Assembly: GCA_963924565.1 (NCBI GenBank)
Contig: OZ004607.1
Span: forward strand, 14,384,001-14,448,000
Reading direction: 5' to 3'
Source: Ascidiella aspersa
Lineage: Eukaryota
DNA length: 64,000 nucleotides
Under the pieces are notes generated by a model. The model made no database searches. It saw only the letters and a program-made list of their open reading frames with translations, and had not been told where the DNA came from. Numbering within the stretch: position 1 is the stretch's first letter; each line of letters opens with the position of its first letter. Shown piece after piece: positions 49,801-61,605 of this stretch. The position numbers and the translations under genes were made by a program.

Positions 49801-52800
49801 AAACTGTAAGAACAAAGTTAACAAACAGTTGGCGGTCAAAAAGGTCAAACCTGGAATGATTTCGACATGACGTCTTCTTCTGCTTGATTCAGACCGGATC
49901 GGTCGGGTTCGCGAAGGTTCTCAGTGATTATTTCCCTGACTCTGGCCCCAATGGACCGAGAGCTCGGACCTCCTTCTCTGTCGCCTCCCAACACAGTATC
50001 TTCGACGTTCTGTGGATTAAATAAAACATTTAAATTAATTAATTTAAAAAACTAAACCCTGGAAACAGAACAGTTCAATCTGGCTGGTATTATAGTGAAA
50101 TAAATCTGACGGTTGCTGGAAACTTTATGATTTACCAATAGAAACAATGAACAAATTTTATGATTTTAAATAGTGAAGCAAGCAATATTTACGTGGAAGC
50201 TTGTGCAAACCTACATAAACTCAAACGTTAGGTATGTTTCCCAGAAATACTTCTTTGCACCTTGCAGTATAAATTAGTTTTAATAGATATGATTTTTTTT
50301 TTCATAAAACAAGGCAATATTTACCTATTTGGATTGGACTGTTTAATCAGCAATGTAACATCAATAAAAATCTTACAAATAAAGAACAATTCGGTAAACC
50401 ATTTAGACTGGTGTTTCCTTAACTTTTTCACCTTAGGAACCACATGGAATTTCTTGAAATACAAAAAGGACCCAATTAGTTTTAAAAATAAGGAAAATTT
50501 TAACTTATAATGTGTAAAAAACCCAGTTTGGGAACAACTGTTATAGGCAAAGGAAATCGCGAAAATTAAATGGTTTCTGAATGAATTTAACCTCTGGAAT
50601 AAGAAAGTGGTATAGATGGTTTTAGAAAATATACCTTAAGTTAGGGACGTGACAAAAGCACTAAAAAACAAATCGTGAAAAAAGCACCGTAGCGGTATAT
50701 TGTCATAAAACATTTTTTGACGCTGGTGTAACCACCAGGCAGTTAGTCGAACCTAAAGTAATTAATATTTGCTAAATAATATCGACAAAACAAATCACAG
50801 CGTCAATTTAATACCGCGAACTATTATTCGCAAAAAAATTGAAGTGATGTTTTCGCAACTCTATATTTCCAGGTAGTAATTCGGTCTATAAAACTTCTGC
50901 GCAATTTCTGGACCGTTGATTTCAAATAAAAGACTTGCCTTGAGAACGTAAATGATAAATTTCGCGCGCGAAAGCGATTTAAACTGACCCTGGACACGTG
51001 GTTTGCCAACGCCAACCGCAAACTGCCGAGGCGCAGCGCAGCGGGCATAAAAAAATTGGACCAAAAGTTCCGGAGGACAACAAAAATGTCGTTTCACTCG
51101 TCACCGTATTGGCCGAGTCAACAGAGAGATAGTTTGTACAGCGGCCGTGTCCCTACACGCAAGTGTTGGCCAGTCGCCTTTCAGCATTTACCGACGCTGA
51201 TGACGGAGGTCAGGATGCGAATTAGCAGTTAAAGACTGCGACCGTTACAAGTCAAACATTCGCTTCCACCAGTTGGGAGCAAACAGAAAGTTGTTTGCGA
51301 TGTTCCTGCGCGATTTCAGTATCATCGATTTGACATATCCCCGATAAATTAACGCGAGTGCCTTTACGTGACTTCGTAGCTCTAAGGATTACGTTTTGGC
51401 CGTTGCGAATGCAAACAGGCGTCAAGCCGGCAGCGTCGCCCGTATGTGAACTATGTCAGCTATGCTTAAAATCGAATGTCGTCATAATGATATTCGGTAC
51501 GTCGCTTCAAGTGTATTAGCCTAAAAAACTCTTATTACGCCACCTTAAAAAATAAAAATAAGGGACGTGAGTTTCATAAAAACAATTTGAAATAAAAAGA
51601 AGCTTCGTATTATAATATTCCTTATTTTAAATAGTCCATGGAAAAACAAAAACACAGTAAATTAGAGTGTTTGAGAATTTAAGTCATTTTTACCCGATTG
51701 TCAAGAATATGGAAAACTAAAAAATCTAAGTAACGTGATAGGTGGTTTACGAATGCCGCTGTTTATAAAAGCAATGCACCCTCATGGTTCAGTGATAAGA
51801 GTCAAGGGTCATGTTCATTTCGACCCGAGGTAAAACCCGATTTAATGATGGCAAACTTTAAATCAATTTAGTAAAGCATTAGTTTGTTAATTGTAGCATT
51901 AAATGCGCTGTGCGTGAGTATGGTGAGTTTGGTGAATTAATTTACATCGAAATTGATACATCACCTAACAATCCAAGTCAATCGTAGAATATAGACTTGC
52001 CATACTACTATGTATTTTAACCGGGTTAATGCAACCAACGGCTATTTGCCCCCAAACCAACCACAAACGCACTTTTGCGACAATGGCAACAAACCTGTTA
52101 TGTCAATCCACAAGGAGATATGTTTGAATGTAAAACTAACAACGCTTCGGTCGGTAGCAAAACGCTCGAGGTCGGCGAACGAGCCGAATCGAAACACAAA
52201 CAATCAAGAACACAAAGCGACCAACAAGCAAACAATTTCCATCTCAGCAGCAATGGCAGCGCCGGTTGGATTCAACCACGGGGCTGGGAAATCCAGGCGC
52301 AGAGAGAGAAGAACGGCGGGCAAGAGCTGACTCGCTCGTTTGTTTGCACAGTCGCGCAACGATCAACGGTTGTCCCGATTTGAATTTTTTAAACTAAAAC
52401 AAACGGCGCGGCCGGGTCTGAAGAGGGCGCTGCTGCTGCTACTACTACTACCAGGAGCTAGGTTTGTAACCTCGTTGCCACGGCAAAGTAAAAGCGACGC
52501 CAGTAACATTTAACCACTTAAACGATTCATATACGTATGCTTTACAGTATGGTTGTAGTTCAACAATTTGTTTTTCAAAACCGACACCCGCCGGTTTGGC
52601 CATTCGCGACCAAGGCGTGAAATTTAATCCCTGTCTAACAGTTGCTTTACATCGAAGGCGAACATTGTTGAGTCTGTTGGTTACAACAAGTAGTCGCCTT
52701 TGTTCGCTTACTGTTGGGCGGAACCGAAAGGCCCGCGGTTTTAACATAAACACCCCAAAATGGCAACATCCCTGGGTAAGCAGCCTACACGTGCGTATGG

Positions 52801-53396
52801 CATTAACTGGTACTTGAAGCTATGATCCTGACAGCCGGCACTCGAATGCCATCCTGAACAGCATTTAAGACACTCGGCAAAATGCCATCGCTGCCGTATA
52901 CTTGAGTTTTAATATTGCCGCTCATACTTATCAGCGTCTTGCGCGAAGTCCAGTCGGCGCATTCGTCATAAGCGCTCGAGTTGAAACACAATCAAGAAGA
53001 GGCGTCTACTCGGGACTTTTCGAGGGCCATCAAGCATAATGTAATGCAACATGATTCTTTTGTTATAGGCGGCACAAGCGGCCGCAGCGCAAAGTGGCGT
53101 TATAGATATGGGCCAAATAGTTCAAGACCACCAAGTCAAATACAAGCGGGACCTGTAGTTATTTTAAAATATTGGGAAAATGGCCTGTCTTTACCAACTA
53201 ACATTAGCAAAACCAGGACTGAAAAAAGCAATAGTTTTTATAGGCTATTGTGAATATTTAAAAGTGAACGATCTTAACGTATTAGTATACCATTTCTGCC
53301 AAAAAACTAATAACTTACTTGTATAACTTTTTCTAGGGGAACTTCGTTTGATCGGTCAGATGAATATCTTGTGTGTCTTGGGTATCTTCGACTCAT
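28876..53396 (-). CDS. CROCC: Rootletin (ciliary rootlet coiled-coil protein), ~2072 aa, 41 coding exons
   Basis: In-frame exon chain (6219 nt): 53319-53396, 49851-50009, 49244-49354, 46205-46279, 45700-45816, 43900-43983, 43522-43649, 42273-42438, 41745-41882, 41268-41402, 40803-40961, 40219-40433, 38027-38180, 37660-37859, 37385-37567, 37034-37178, 36698-36844, 36301-36531, 35820-36013, 35436-35563, 35182-35351, 34939-35073, 34277-34456, 33663-33806, 33489-33572, 33251-33412, 32914-33066, 32633-32800, 32234-32471, 31992-32124, 31774-31914, 31570-31705, 31112-31357, 30644-30823, 30418-30558, 30215-30334, 29974-30123, 29694-29894, 29503-29625, 29084-29272, 28876-28953. Diagnostic motifs LEKVIQNVEDTVL, EENRMLQAELNRVEDLL, YKRKLQAYQEGQQRQAQLVQKLQSKVLQYKKKC, EHSRLLALWR and LEARERAHRQRVKGLEEQV. 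Confidence 0.96.
35648..35695. repeat. Tandem duplication, 24 bp x2 (intronic)
   Basis: TGTTATATGTAAATCATCGGGTTG twice. Confidence 0.9.
38410..38481 (+). ncRNA. tRNA-like cloverleaf with a collapsed anticodon arm, antisense in a rootletin intron
   Basis: Acceptor stem GCCTGTG/CGCAGGC. D stem GACTT/AAGTC with loop AATGGAGCGA. Mini-arm CGGT-TTG-ACCG. Variable region TAGGTC. T stem GTGGG/CTCAC with loop TTCGAGT. A-box-like TGGCGACTTAATGG and B-box-like GGTTCGAGTCT. Confidence 0.7.
38590..39053 (-). CDS. Putative alternative first coding exon of rootletin (154 aa novel N-terminus)
   Basis: AAACATG start and 464 nt open. Ends AGCAG|gtttaa in phase 2, the same phase as the acceptor at 38180. Accounts for the 364-aa ORF in the track. 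Confidence 0.7.
44123..44164 (-). CDS. Putative alternative first exon of rootletin (MSNVKEENEKLKKK)
   Basis: TAAAATG start. AAG|gtgggt phase-0 donor, in frame with exon 43900-43983. Confidence 0.6.
45886..45918 (-). CDS. Putative alternative first exon of rootletin (MADESMRSWKE)
   Basis: CAAAATGG start. GAG|gtaatt phase-0 donor, in frame with exon 45700-45816 across a 69-nt intron. Confidence 0.65.
46533..46598 (-). CDS. Putative alternative first exon of rootletin (MSSTSSEEDDSPPESVRTRVDR)
   Basis: CAACATG start. AGA|gtaagc phase-0 donor, in frame with exon 46205-46279. Confidence 0.65.
52474..52487. promoter_or_regulatory. RFX X-box-like motif in rootletin intron 1
   Basis: GTTGCCACGGCAAA matches 12/14 of GTTGCCATGGCAAC. 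TGGCAAC half-sites nearby at ~52084 and ~52761, within a CpG-rich block. RFX control of ciliary genes is established. Confidence 0.5.
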
Positions 53397-54797
53397 AAAG
53401 CCACCAAAACAGTTCAAATAACGTTAATTGCCAGTACACACTACTTGCTTTCAACCGTTGGTTCTCACCTAACTCTGAATTAGAAACAAAGCGTACATTG
53501 GTAATCTACTCGTGGGCGAAGTGCGTTGCAACTGACTACTTGATATCAGCTTGTGCAAATTTTCGTGCACCAACCTCAAATATGTCTTATCTTTTGCGTC
53601 TCGGTTGTCTTGTGCTCGCCTATTAACGTTTTACGATGGAGTACTGCTGGTAAATGACACGCCGTCTAGCTACTAACTGCCATGTTAAACAACCGGCACT
53701 AACACGGCGCGGCGCAGAAAAAAGGGGCGGGTTATTACAAGATGCCGGTTTAACGCTCTGGAATACTCAAAACGCGGTAAGAGAGCGAACAATGAATGGG
53801 CGAGTAAACGTGGAGTGGGGAGAGAGAGGGCAAACCAGGGACCGGCGCTCGCTTCATTGCTCTACTAGCCGGTCAAGAAACAAAGCGGCAACGGGGAAGG
53901 CGGGAAGGAAGATTTCACGTTTATTTGCACATCTCGACCTGCTGTTGGGAGAGAGTGACCAGCCGCTATGTTCTTTTTTGTCATGTTTACCGCTATATGT
54001 CCTGTAGGCTCTCCTTGCGCTTTCCATAGGGAATCCCAACTGCCTTTACCACCTCTTTGTTTTTCTTAAGTTAACTCAATTATTTCATCGTCAAAGTCAA
54101 AGCAATGCGACAGAAGCGGGAAAGACTTTCACCATGTCATGGTTGTATGACGTCTTGAAAGACCCTTGGATAACCATTAGAATGTCAATGGTATGTTAGC
54201 ATAGTTCGTTTTTATGCAAATTAACAGGTGATAGTAGTTATAACTTTTTTGCTATCGCGGTTTCCAAACTTTTGACAGTTTTTTGCTTATATATATTGGG
54301 TGCTAATAATTACTTTGTTTGTGAAATTAAGGAGAATATGATTAGAAAAAAAATGTTGAGTGTGGTTTGCAACGTAAACCATTTTTTGTCAAAAACAGAG
54401 TTCTCGATGTTTTGTAAGTTACCAACCAGAATCGTGATCAATAATAATATTCTCTGCAAAACACGAGTGAAAGTAGAATAAATTTCTTACCGAAAGGACG
54501 AACAGTTTTCAGAGATTACGTCACAAAGTTACGTCATAACGAGACGTTTAAAAAAGTGACCTTTAGGTAACATGCAGATTGCAGATATCGTTTATTGTCG
54601 CGAACATATATGTAACTGAAATCTTAGTCTCAATACATTAAAGGAGATGGCTGGATGTCCTGCTAAAAAGGAACATGGCTTGCTATAAAATATTTTCATT
54701 TAAACATTGATTTACTAACGAACAAAAAAAATTCCCCCTTCGGGCGAGCTAGGAATGAATATTTGCTAATTACTTTGGAGCATAATGGTTGGAGGTT

Positions 54798-54941
54798 GTA
54801 GTAAGACGTAACAAGAATATCAAAGCCCATACAGAAGTAGGTATCATTTTTAGATGTTGAAAATGAATAAAGAGTTATTCGAAACGTTCAAAATGATACC
54901 TACTTCTGTATGGGCTTTGATAATCTTATTATGCTTATTAC
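54798..54941. repeat. Long inverted repeat/hairpin (palindromic MITE-like)
   Basis: Perfect 33-bp arms 54818-54850 / 54890-54922 (TATCAAAGCCCATACAGAAGTAGGTATCATTTT). Degenerate outer extension and inner GAATAA/TTATTC stem. Confidence 0.85.
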
Positions 54942-57900
54942 TGATTTTTCTAAAAACCCAATTTGGTATTCATTTAATTCTTTACTTTCTCATCGGATAA
55001 AATAAACAACGTATTCTACGCGCACTATAGCCTACCTAGATTAATTGTTCTCTCCAAATAGTAAAATCTTTCAGTTTGGTTATTCGCACAGGTGTTTGGA
55101 GATTTAAGGCACACTTTTCAACAGAATTACACAATTTAGATCAGTAAGCGTAAACACGTGTTGTAAGTTTTGTTTGTAGAATAATTTCATTTCACTGCTA
55201 AGCATAAAAAAATCCATTCGTAAGCTTGTTTTTTAAACTGTTGTGGTTCAAATTTTTTTTAACCCAGCAATATAAAAAAAAAAAATTATGTAAAATTCCA
55301 TTAAATAAAGCGAGTGGTAAACTATTACGTCATCACCAGAGCGCTAATTTGTTTTGTCTTCAATATAGTAACCATGTGCTTAATTCATTGATCCCACAGT
55401 ATTTTTAATGTATGCAAATGCAACTATGAAACCTGTGTTATAAATCTTGCAATCAGCTCAAATACCGGTAAAGTCAAAACAAGCTTAATTCGTCCGCCAG
55501 GTGTCCCACCGCGTTTTAGCAGGACAAGCATCCCGAGTGTAAAAAAGTTAAAAAACACTGCGTTAGTTATTCTTTTGGATCTACTTTCAATAACTAATAA
55601 GCTGCAAACGACGAAACCAAAATAATTTGGAGTTATAACGGAAAAACTATTGTTCAGCTGGTGGTAGATATTGATTGCTTCAGATTACCTACGATCATAA
55701 AATATAAACAACAAAGCATGTGACTATTTTTTTAACAAACAAACAAATATTGACGATTTGGAAAAGTGTCTCGCAGTCGTATGGTCCGACCCCAACAATG
55801 TTAGACTCAACCAAGTTTGTTTTCAACGTTATGTAAACTTCAACAGAAATTTCAGGCCAATTTTACCATAAAAACACATCAATGTAAAAATCGTGTTGTG
55901 AAGCACTGTAAAAAGGTGGGGATAAATTTTGCAAGGTTCTAAACAAGCGGTAACGGTATAAAAAAACATCATGCTTAGAATTGCCAATTTTTAGATATTA
56001 TAATTAACTTGTTAAATAAAGCATTCTGCGCAGCGGAGACAATAATTGATTCAAACTATTTACCCTGTGTTGATCTTTTTTACTGAAAACCAAAAAAATC
56101 TTTCCTACAACATTTTTTTAAGCAAACAACTCTTCAAATCAAAAATTCCAAATATTTCTAACAATGTTTCAAATTACACAAATTTTAAACCGCAATCAAA
56201 AGATTTTCTTTGCTTTAGATCAAAAAATAACTTTTCTCAAAACAGTCAGTTATATTCGAACGACTTTTTACCACATAATGATTAATTATTACACGTGTTT
56301 GAAACAATACACTGACCAGGCCTAACTTACCGACTGCGTTATTGTTTACAAACCTCTCACAATTGACGTTAAGTCAATCGTAAATAGTCTTTGTCAATTT
56401 CTTCCTCCCACCGACCGACAAAACACTGCCGTTAAAATAAATTAATCATGTGATATCCATCCAAAGCGGCACAGCGTTAGTTTTGCTTGTAAAATAATAA
56501 AACGACAGAGTTAACAAAGCCGTAAATCTGCCAATTTTGTGCGTTGCGTAAACAAGCTCGCTAAACTCAAAATAAATATGCCATAACCTCAGCTAGAGTG
56601 GGGTGGTCAATCGCGACAACACAAGTTTGAACACGCCTTTTAAACAACAACACATATTTTAGAACTTAAAAGCAGGCTGGTGTCCTAATAAGAAATTCTG
56701 ACGACTACAAACAAACTGTTTGCCTATTGGTTCTAGCTGCAATATGATTTAGCTCTGTCCTGTGTAAATTGAATTTGAGACATTTTATCGTCGCGGTTTG
56801 TTTAACAGTAACTCACGACGGCATTGCGCGGTTAAACGGCAACTCTTAGCGAAAACGTCGCCCCGCAGACAGAAACAGGTACAGCGTGGTTTATTTGCAG
56901 CTTGTGAGGAATAGGCGACTAAACTAGGGAGCGCGTTAGAAATCTCAGGGTAGTAATTATGCCGCGTTGGTTGTTAAACTCGGGCGTCGTCAGTGGCGAC
57001 CAAGACGCGAAGCCGCCAAGGCGATGCGGGGAGCAGTAAAAGAGGCTTATAAGGGAGATAACCGGCCCATTAAACAAACACACCAACCAGGGCATACACA
57101 CGCCGGGCCAATTCATAGCGTCGCCGCTCGCCGGTTTATGAGCGTCGCTTTTTTCAAAACTGGAACGAACGCTGTGGTCGATCTCAAAATTGAAAGCACA
57201 ATGGCCGCCGCGATGCCGATCATTGAATTAGGCGCAAATCTGCTGTTGTTCAGTCTCCAGCGATTCGCGGCGCGTTTTGTAGCAAATCCCGGCAAATATG
57301 CCAAGGAAACAAAACAGCGCTCGCTGTTGGGATGCTTCGGTAAAAAGCGCGAGGGGTGTTCGGTTTCGTTGGAATCTAATTAACTACTCGAGGAAAACCA
57401 CTGCATCGGATTTCAAGTGGTTCTAAATATACCTGCGACCTTGAATTGACACTAGGAAGTTTTTCCAAACAATCAATTGCGCCACAGCGGGGTCGCGTCC
57501 TTGGTTTATTATAAATATACAGAGAACTTTTATCTTTGGTGTCGGATAATTGCTTTTTTTTTACGGATGCCCAAAATGTTAGACAAAAGTATGTGGCCTG
57601 AAATTAATCATTTTATTAGCAAAATGGCACTTAAAAAAGAAATTTAAATTTACATTGCAGAAAAAAAAGTTAACCTTCCGTACATGCTCACAACTTTTTT
57701 AATGATAGCTGGCAAGTGTTTATTAATTTCAATTTACATCAGGTATCGAATTTAAACCAAAGTCGTATTTACCTTAACGTCGAACAACAGAACACCGATT
57801 TTGGTACAATATAACATGGATCGGTTTTGTTTTATAAATAATTTACATTTCGATTACATGTAGCTGTTTTCTCTCATCCAATAAGCTACTATAATTAATG

Positions 57901-58301
57901 TGGCCAACAAAGAATGCAAATAGAATAACACCACATTTTAGTGCAAAGTATATGGGCAATCTCTTTTATTGGAAAATATAAACTGGTGCTTTAATCCTTA
58001 GTATAACTGCAACAATTGTGTATCCGAGAATGAAGCGGCTCACCAGCTTTAACGTTTTCATAATATTAATACGTACGCTACACCAGCATTATACAAATTG
58101 TGTATGCAACTTAACTTCTTCGCGTCCAGAGCCTTGCGGGCAGCATCGCACTTTGACATAAGTGAGGCGAATGGTACAAAATAGACATGCTGTTACGGTG
58201 AAAAAGCGTGCAGTGTCGTGGTTAGAATTTCCATTAACATCTAAAAGCAGCGAGAAAGATGTAACACTTCGAATCATTCTGCTCCCAACAGAAAGAGTCC
58301 C

Positions 58302-59672
58302 TCATATCAAAACGGTTTTCTGTGTATGATAAATTTCCTTCTTGTCTTGAGAGATGAGGAACAGCACGGCGGCGGTAAGAATGAAGCAGAATGCAGCCCA
58401 CGCCACCCCGTAGCCCCAGCCGAACCAGAAGAAGGCGAAGAAGGGCAAGATTTGCAGGAACATGATCGGGAACAGGATAACAGCCACCAAAACGCAGATA
58501 GCTGCGCGAATAATAAAGAATTTGCCGTTGGGAATGCATTGCGTATCTTTATACTTCTGGCAAATGAAATACATGTTTAACTTCTTCGCTATACTAAATA
58601 GAATTTTTAAATTTAGGTTAAATTTCATACAAAACAATTGTGTTACAAAGCCTCTGTCAAGTGTATTAACATACATCAACACGCCTTTAGGGAGGTAAAT
58701 AATAACCAACACTAAATTTTGAAAACTATACTATTTTTTCTCTTTTGGCGGGAGGGGGGGTTGATATAAACTTTGATATGACCTAAAGAACCTTGTTGTA
58801 ACAAATGTTACCAATAAAAATATCAAAACAACATTTAAAAGGTGCGCAATATTGTTTGTCGTCGTCGATCTGAAAACAACCTACCAGCAACGATAAGAAT
58901 AATAGCAGCAATTTTGTACATGACTCTCCATTCTCTCTTGCAGTATGCGACCAGTCCCAGGATGAAAGCAATGACAGTTGCAATGAAAGGTATAACAATC
59001 AGTGCTTGAACAATCGACATGTAAACTGTAAAACATATTAAAGCAAGCCATTAACGCTAATTAAAGGGATTAATAAAGTGGATTCTTGCGTTTTGTTTCA
59101 CACTATTCTATATCCTTCTGTAGCACATCCAGTGTATACATTTTGGCTAGGGGCGTGTGACATTTTTCTAAGCATGCTGCAAAATGACGAAATCTGAACG
59201 TCATTGATATAATTAGTGGAAACAGAACATTTAAGTTACTGATATGACATATTTAACGTTTGTTATCATTTTGCAGTTTATTCCCGAATGTCAATAAAAA
59301 TTAAAGAATTGCTAATTTATGTTAGTATTAAAGGTATTTCCCCGTGTAACAGTCGGTTTGTGCTAGGCAGATAGAAAACTCAACAATTGTTTATTCTATT
59401 GTTTATTCACCTCCACGCAGCACGGCATCGCGGCATACCCACTCCGACACAGTTTGAGGACTCTGCTCCACTATGTCACCCGGCGGCGGAGTTTTTTTGC
59501 ACTCGGTCCAAAGGCTCATGTAGAATTGAAAATCGTCGGCACGGTCGCTTACAACCCAATCTTTGAGAGCCATCGAAATTATGAAGCAAATGATCCCGCA
59601 CAGTAAATTCGCCAAACCGATTAACTTCAGCGGCCGCAGCCACGATATTTCGATCACCAACTCTTTAGCCAT
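58302..59672 (-). CDS. TMEM47: TMEM47/PERP/VAB-9-like PMP22-claudin family tetraspan, 200 aa
   Basis: Exons 59411-59672, 58885-59025 and 58302-58501 (phases 1,1). LRPLKLIGL...DW...YMSLWTECKK...WVC first loop (W-LW-C-C signature), four TM helices, and the FGWGYGVAW motif typical of TMEM47/PERP. Confidence 0.88.
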
Positions 59673-60362
59673 ATTTTTATACTTAAATATCGCTTAAATG
59701 AACAGTAAATAAAATGAAATAAATTTTACGAAAGGTTTAACTACAATTAATTTCTGGCCTAAAAAAAGGAAGAATTGAAAAGGGTCACAGGATCCATTAA
59801 ATCTAAAATATTGACACAAACATAAATATTTTCCAAGTGGGCGCCGCAAACCCTCGTAAAATATTTGTGATTTAGGGGTAATCTAATTTGTTTCAAACTT
59901 ATTAACGTGCAAACGGGCTTTTGACATCTACACCTTTTCAAAATAAGAACAAAATTAGTTTTTTTGTTTTAAAGAGTTCTGGAACATATTTTAATTTCAC
60001 TGATATACTTACACTCGCTTTACCTTGGTTGTCATGAATTAGTCAAACATCAAAAGTTAAAACGCAAATTTGGGAAATTCTTAATTACAAAACTAACATT
60101 TTGATTACAAAATTCAAACAAAGTTCTGCTATTTGATATTTGTTAAATAAATTGACAGCCTGATATATTTTGGATGGGGGATATTTTTCAGCGGGGACAT
60201 ACACATAATGACGTCTTTCGGAATGCGTGATATCCACACAAATTAGGGCATCAACAACTAAAACGTTATCTATCAACTGGTTAACGCACTAATCAGAAAC
60301 TCCTTCTACGCAAATAAAATAGTTTAAACCCGGAAAAATTAGCTTGTACTGACCTATTAGGC

Positions 60363-61605
60363 CAGGGGTGACGAACACGTGGCCCGCAAACGAATTTTGT
60401 GTGGCCCGCGAAGCATTCGGGTGAAGACAAGGCAGTCTTAAAGTTTTTTTGGCCCGCTTCTACTCTTTGCGATGCGATATCAAAAGCTGATAGCCAAATT
60501 AAATAACGCGTATATCAGCGGTTCTTAACCGGGGGGCGCGCCCCCCTGGCCAAGCAATTCTTAAGGGGGCGCGAGCTTTACATAACTATTTAATTTTCTT
60601 CAGTGATTTTAATAATTTCATTTAGGTTAGGCACCACTCCTACAGATGTACAAACTCTGTTTTTTCCCAACTTTACCTTTGAAACTGCCCAAAAATTATC
60701 TACTTTTTTTATTTTAAAGTACAAATTCTCTTCAAGTGTCATCGCATATTTTCTGTCTATACGTTATACATATATCATCGAAGAAATAATGGCCCTATTT
60801 AATTTCAGTTTTGCTAACTAATAGATAAATGATAAAAGTTTTCCCTTTCGAACAATTTTTGTTCCATATTTTATATATGATAACAGGCTAGTAACAGGGG
60901 GACTCTTTTTTGCGCAAATCTATAACATTCTTTGTAATATTACCGTTGTATTGTGTGTCGTCACATCTTTTGAAAAACGAGAACGTATGTTTAATTTTTG
61001 CGCTTAACTTTTTTGCGCTCCACATCACAGCCTTACAACTTGTGTAGTCAATTTCCTAACAACACGTTTTTTAAAATCAGCTCGATAAAAATCAATGTGT
61101 CGAGCACAGCAATTTGTTGTGTGCCTAATGCTAAAAGCCTCCTAAATTGCAATTTAGCCAATTCAAAACCAGCAATACGCTTAACTATTTTCATATTGTC
61201 TCACTGATATTAATCATAAATTGCCGAGTTGCTTTTCGTAGGGGCATAGAAAAATTACAAAAGGGGAGCGCGGCTAAAAAAAAAAAAAAGAACCACTGGC
61301 GTATATCATGCAGGATCGTAGAAACTGTTGTGTAAAATCCATACAGTAACCATCAATTCAGGATTCAACTGTTTATTCATTGTTGTGAAATAAAATATAC
61401 TAATAATAATAATTAAATTTAACACCATGAGCCTTTGCTGCTTCAGTACATTGCAGTAGTAACTAGCTGAGTAAGCTTAGCTTGCCATTGAACATTTTTT
61501 ATGATTTTAACAGGTTTAATAGCATGAGTTAAAAGCGGTGTGGCCCGCTTACTCAGCGGTAACTGACAAAGTGGCCCGCGACAGCAAATAGGTTCGTCAC
61601 CCCTG
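60363..61605. mobile_element. Non-autonomous hAT (Charlie-like) element
   Basis: TIRs CAGGGGTGACGAAC / GTTCGTCACCCCTG. TGGCCCGC subterminal repeats. Perfect TSD TATTAGGC at 60355-60362 and 61606-61613. Confidence 0.93.
60516..61298. mobile_element. hAT-type MITE nested inside 60363-61605
   Basis: TIRs CAGCGGTTCTT / AAGAACCACTG. GGGGCGCG subterminal motifs. Perfect TSD GCGTATAT at 60508-60515 and 61299-61306. Confidence 0.92.

Noticed and set aside
53854-54039. MGFPMESARR... as rootletin exon 1
   Set aside because: Its donor would be phase 2, incompatible with the phase-0 acceptor at 50009. Exon 53319-53396 fits and carries the conserved LExVIQ motif.
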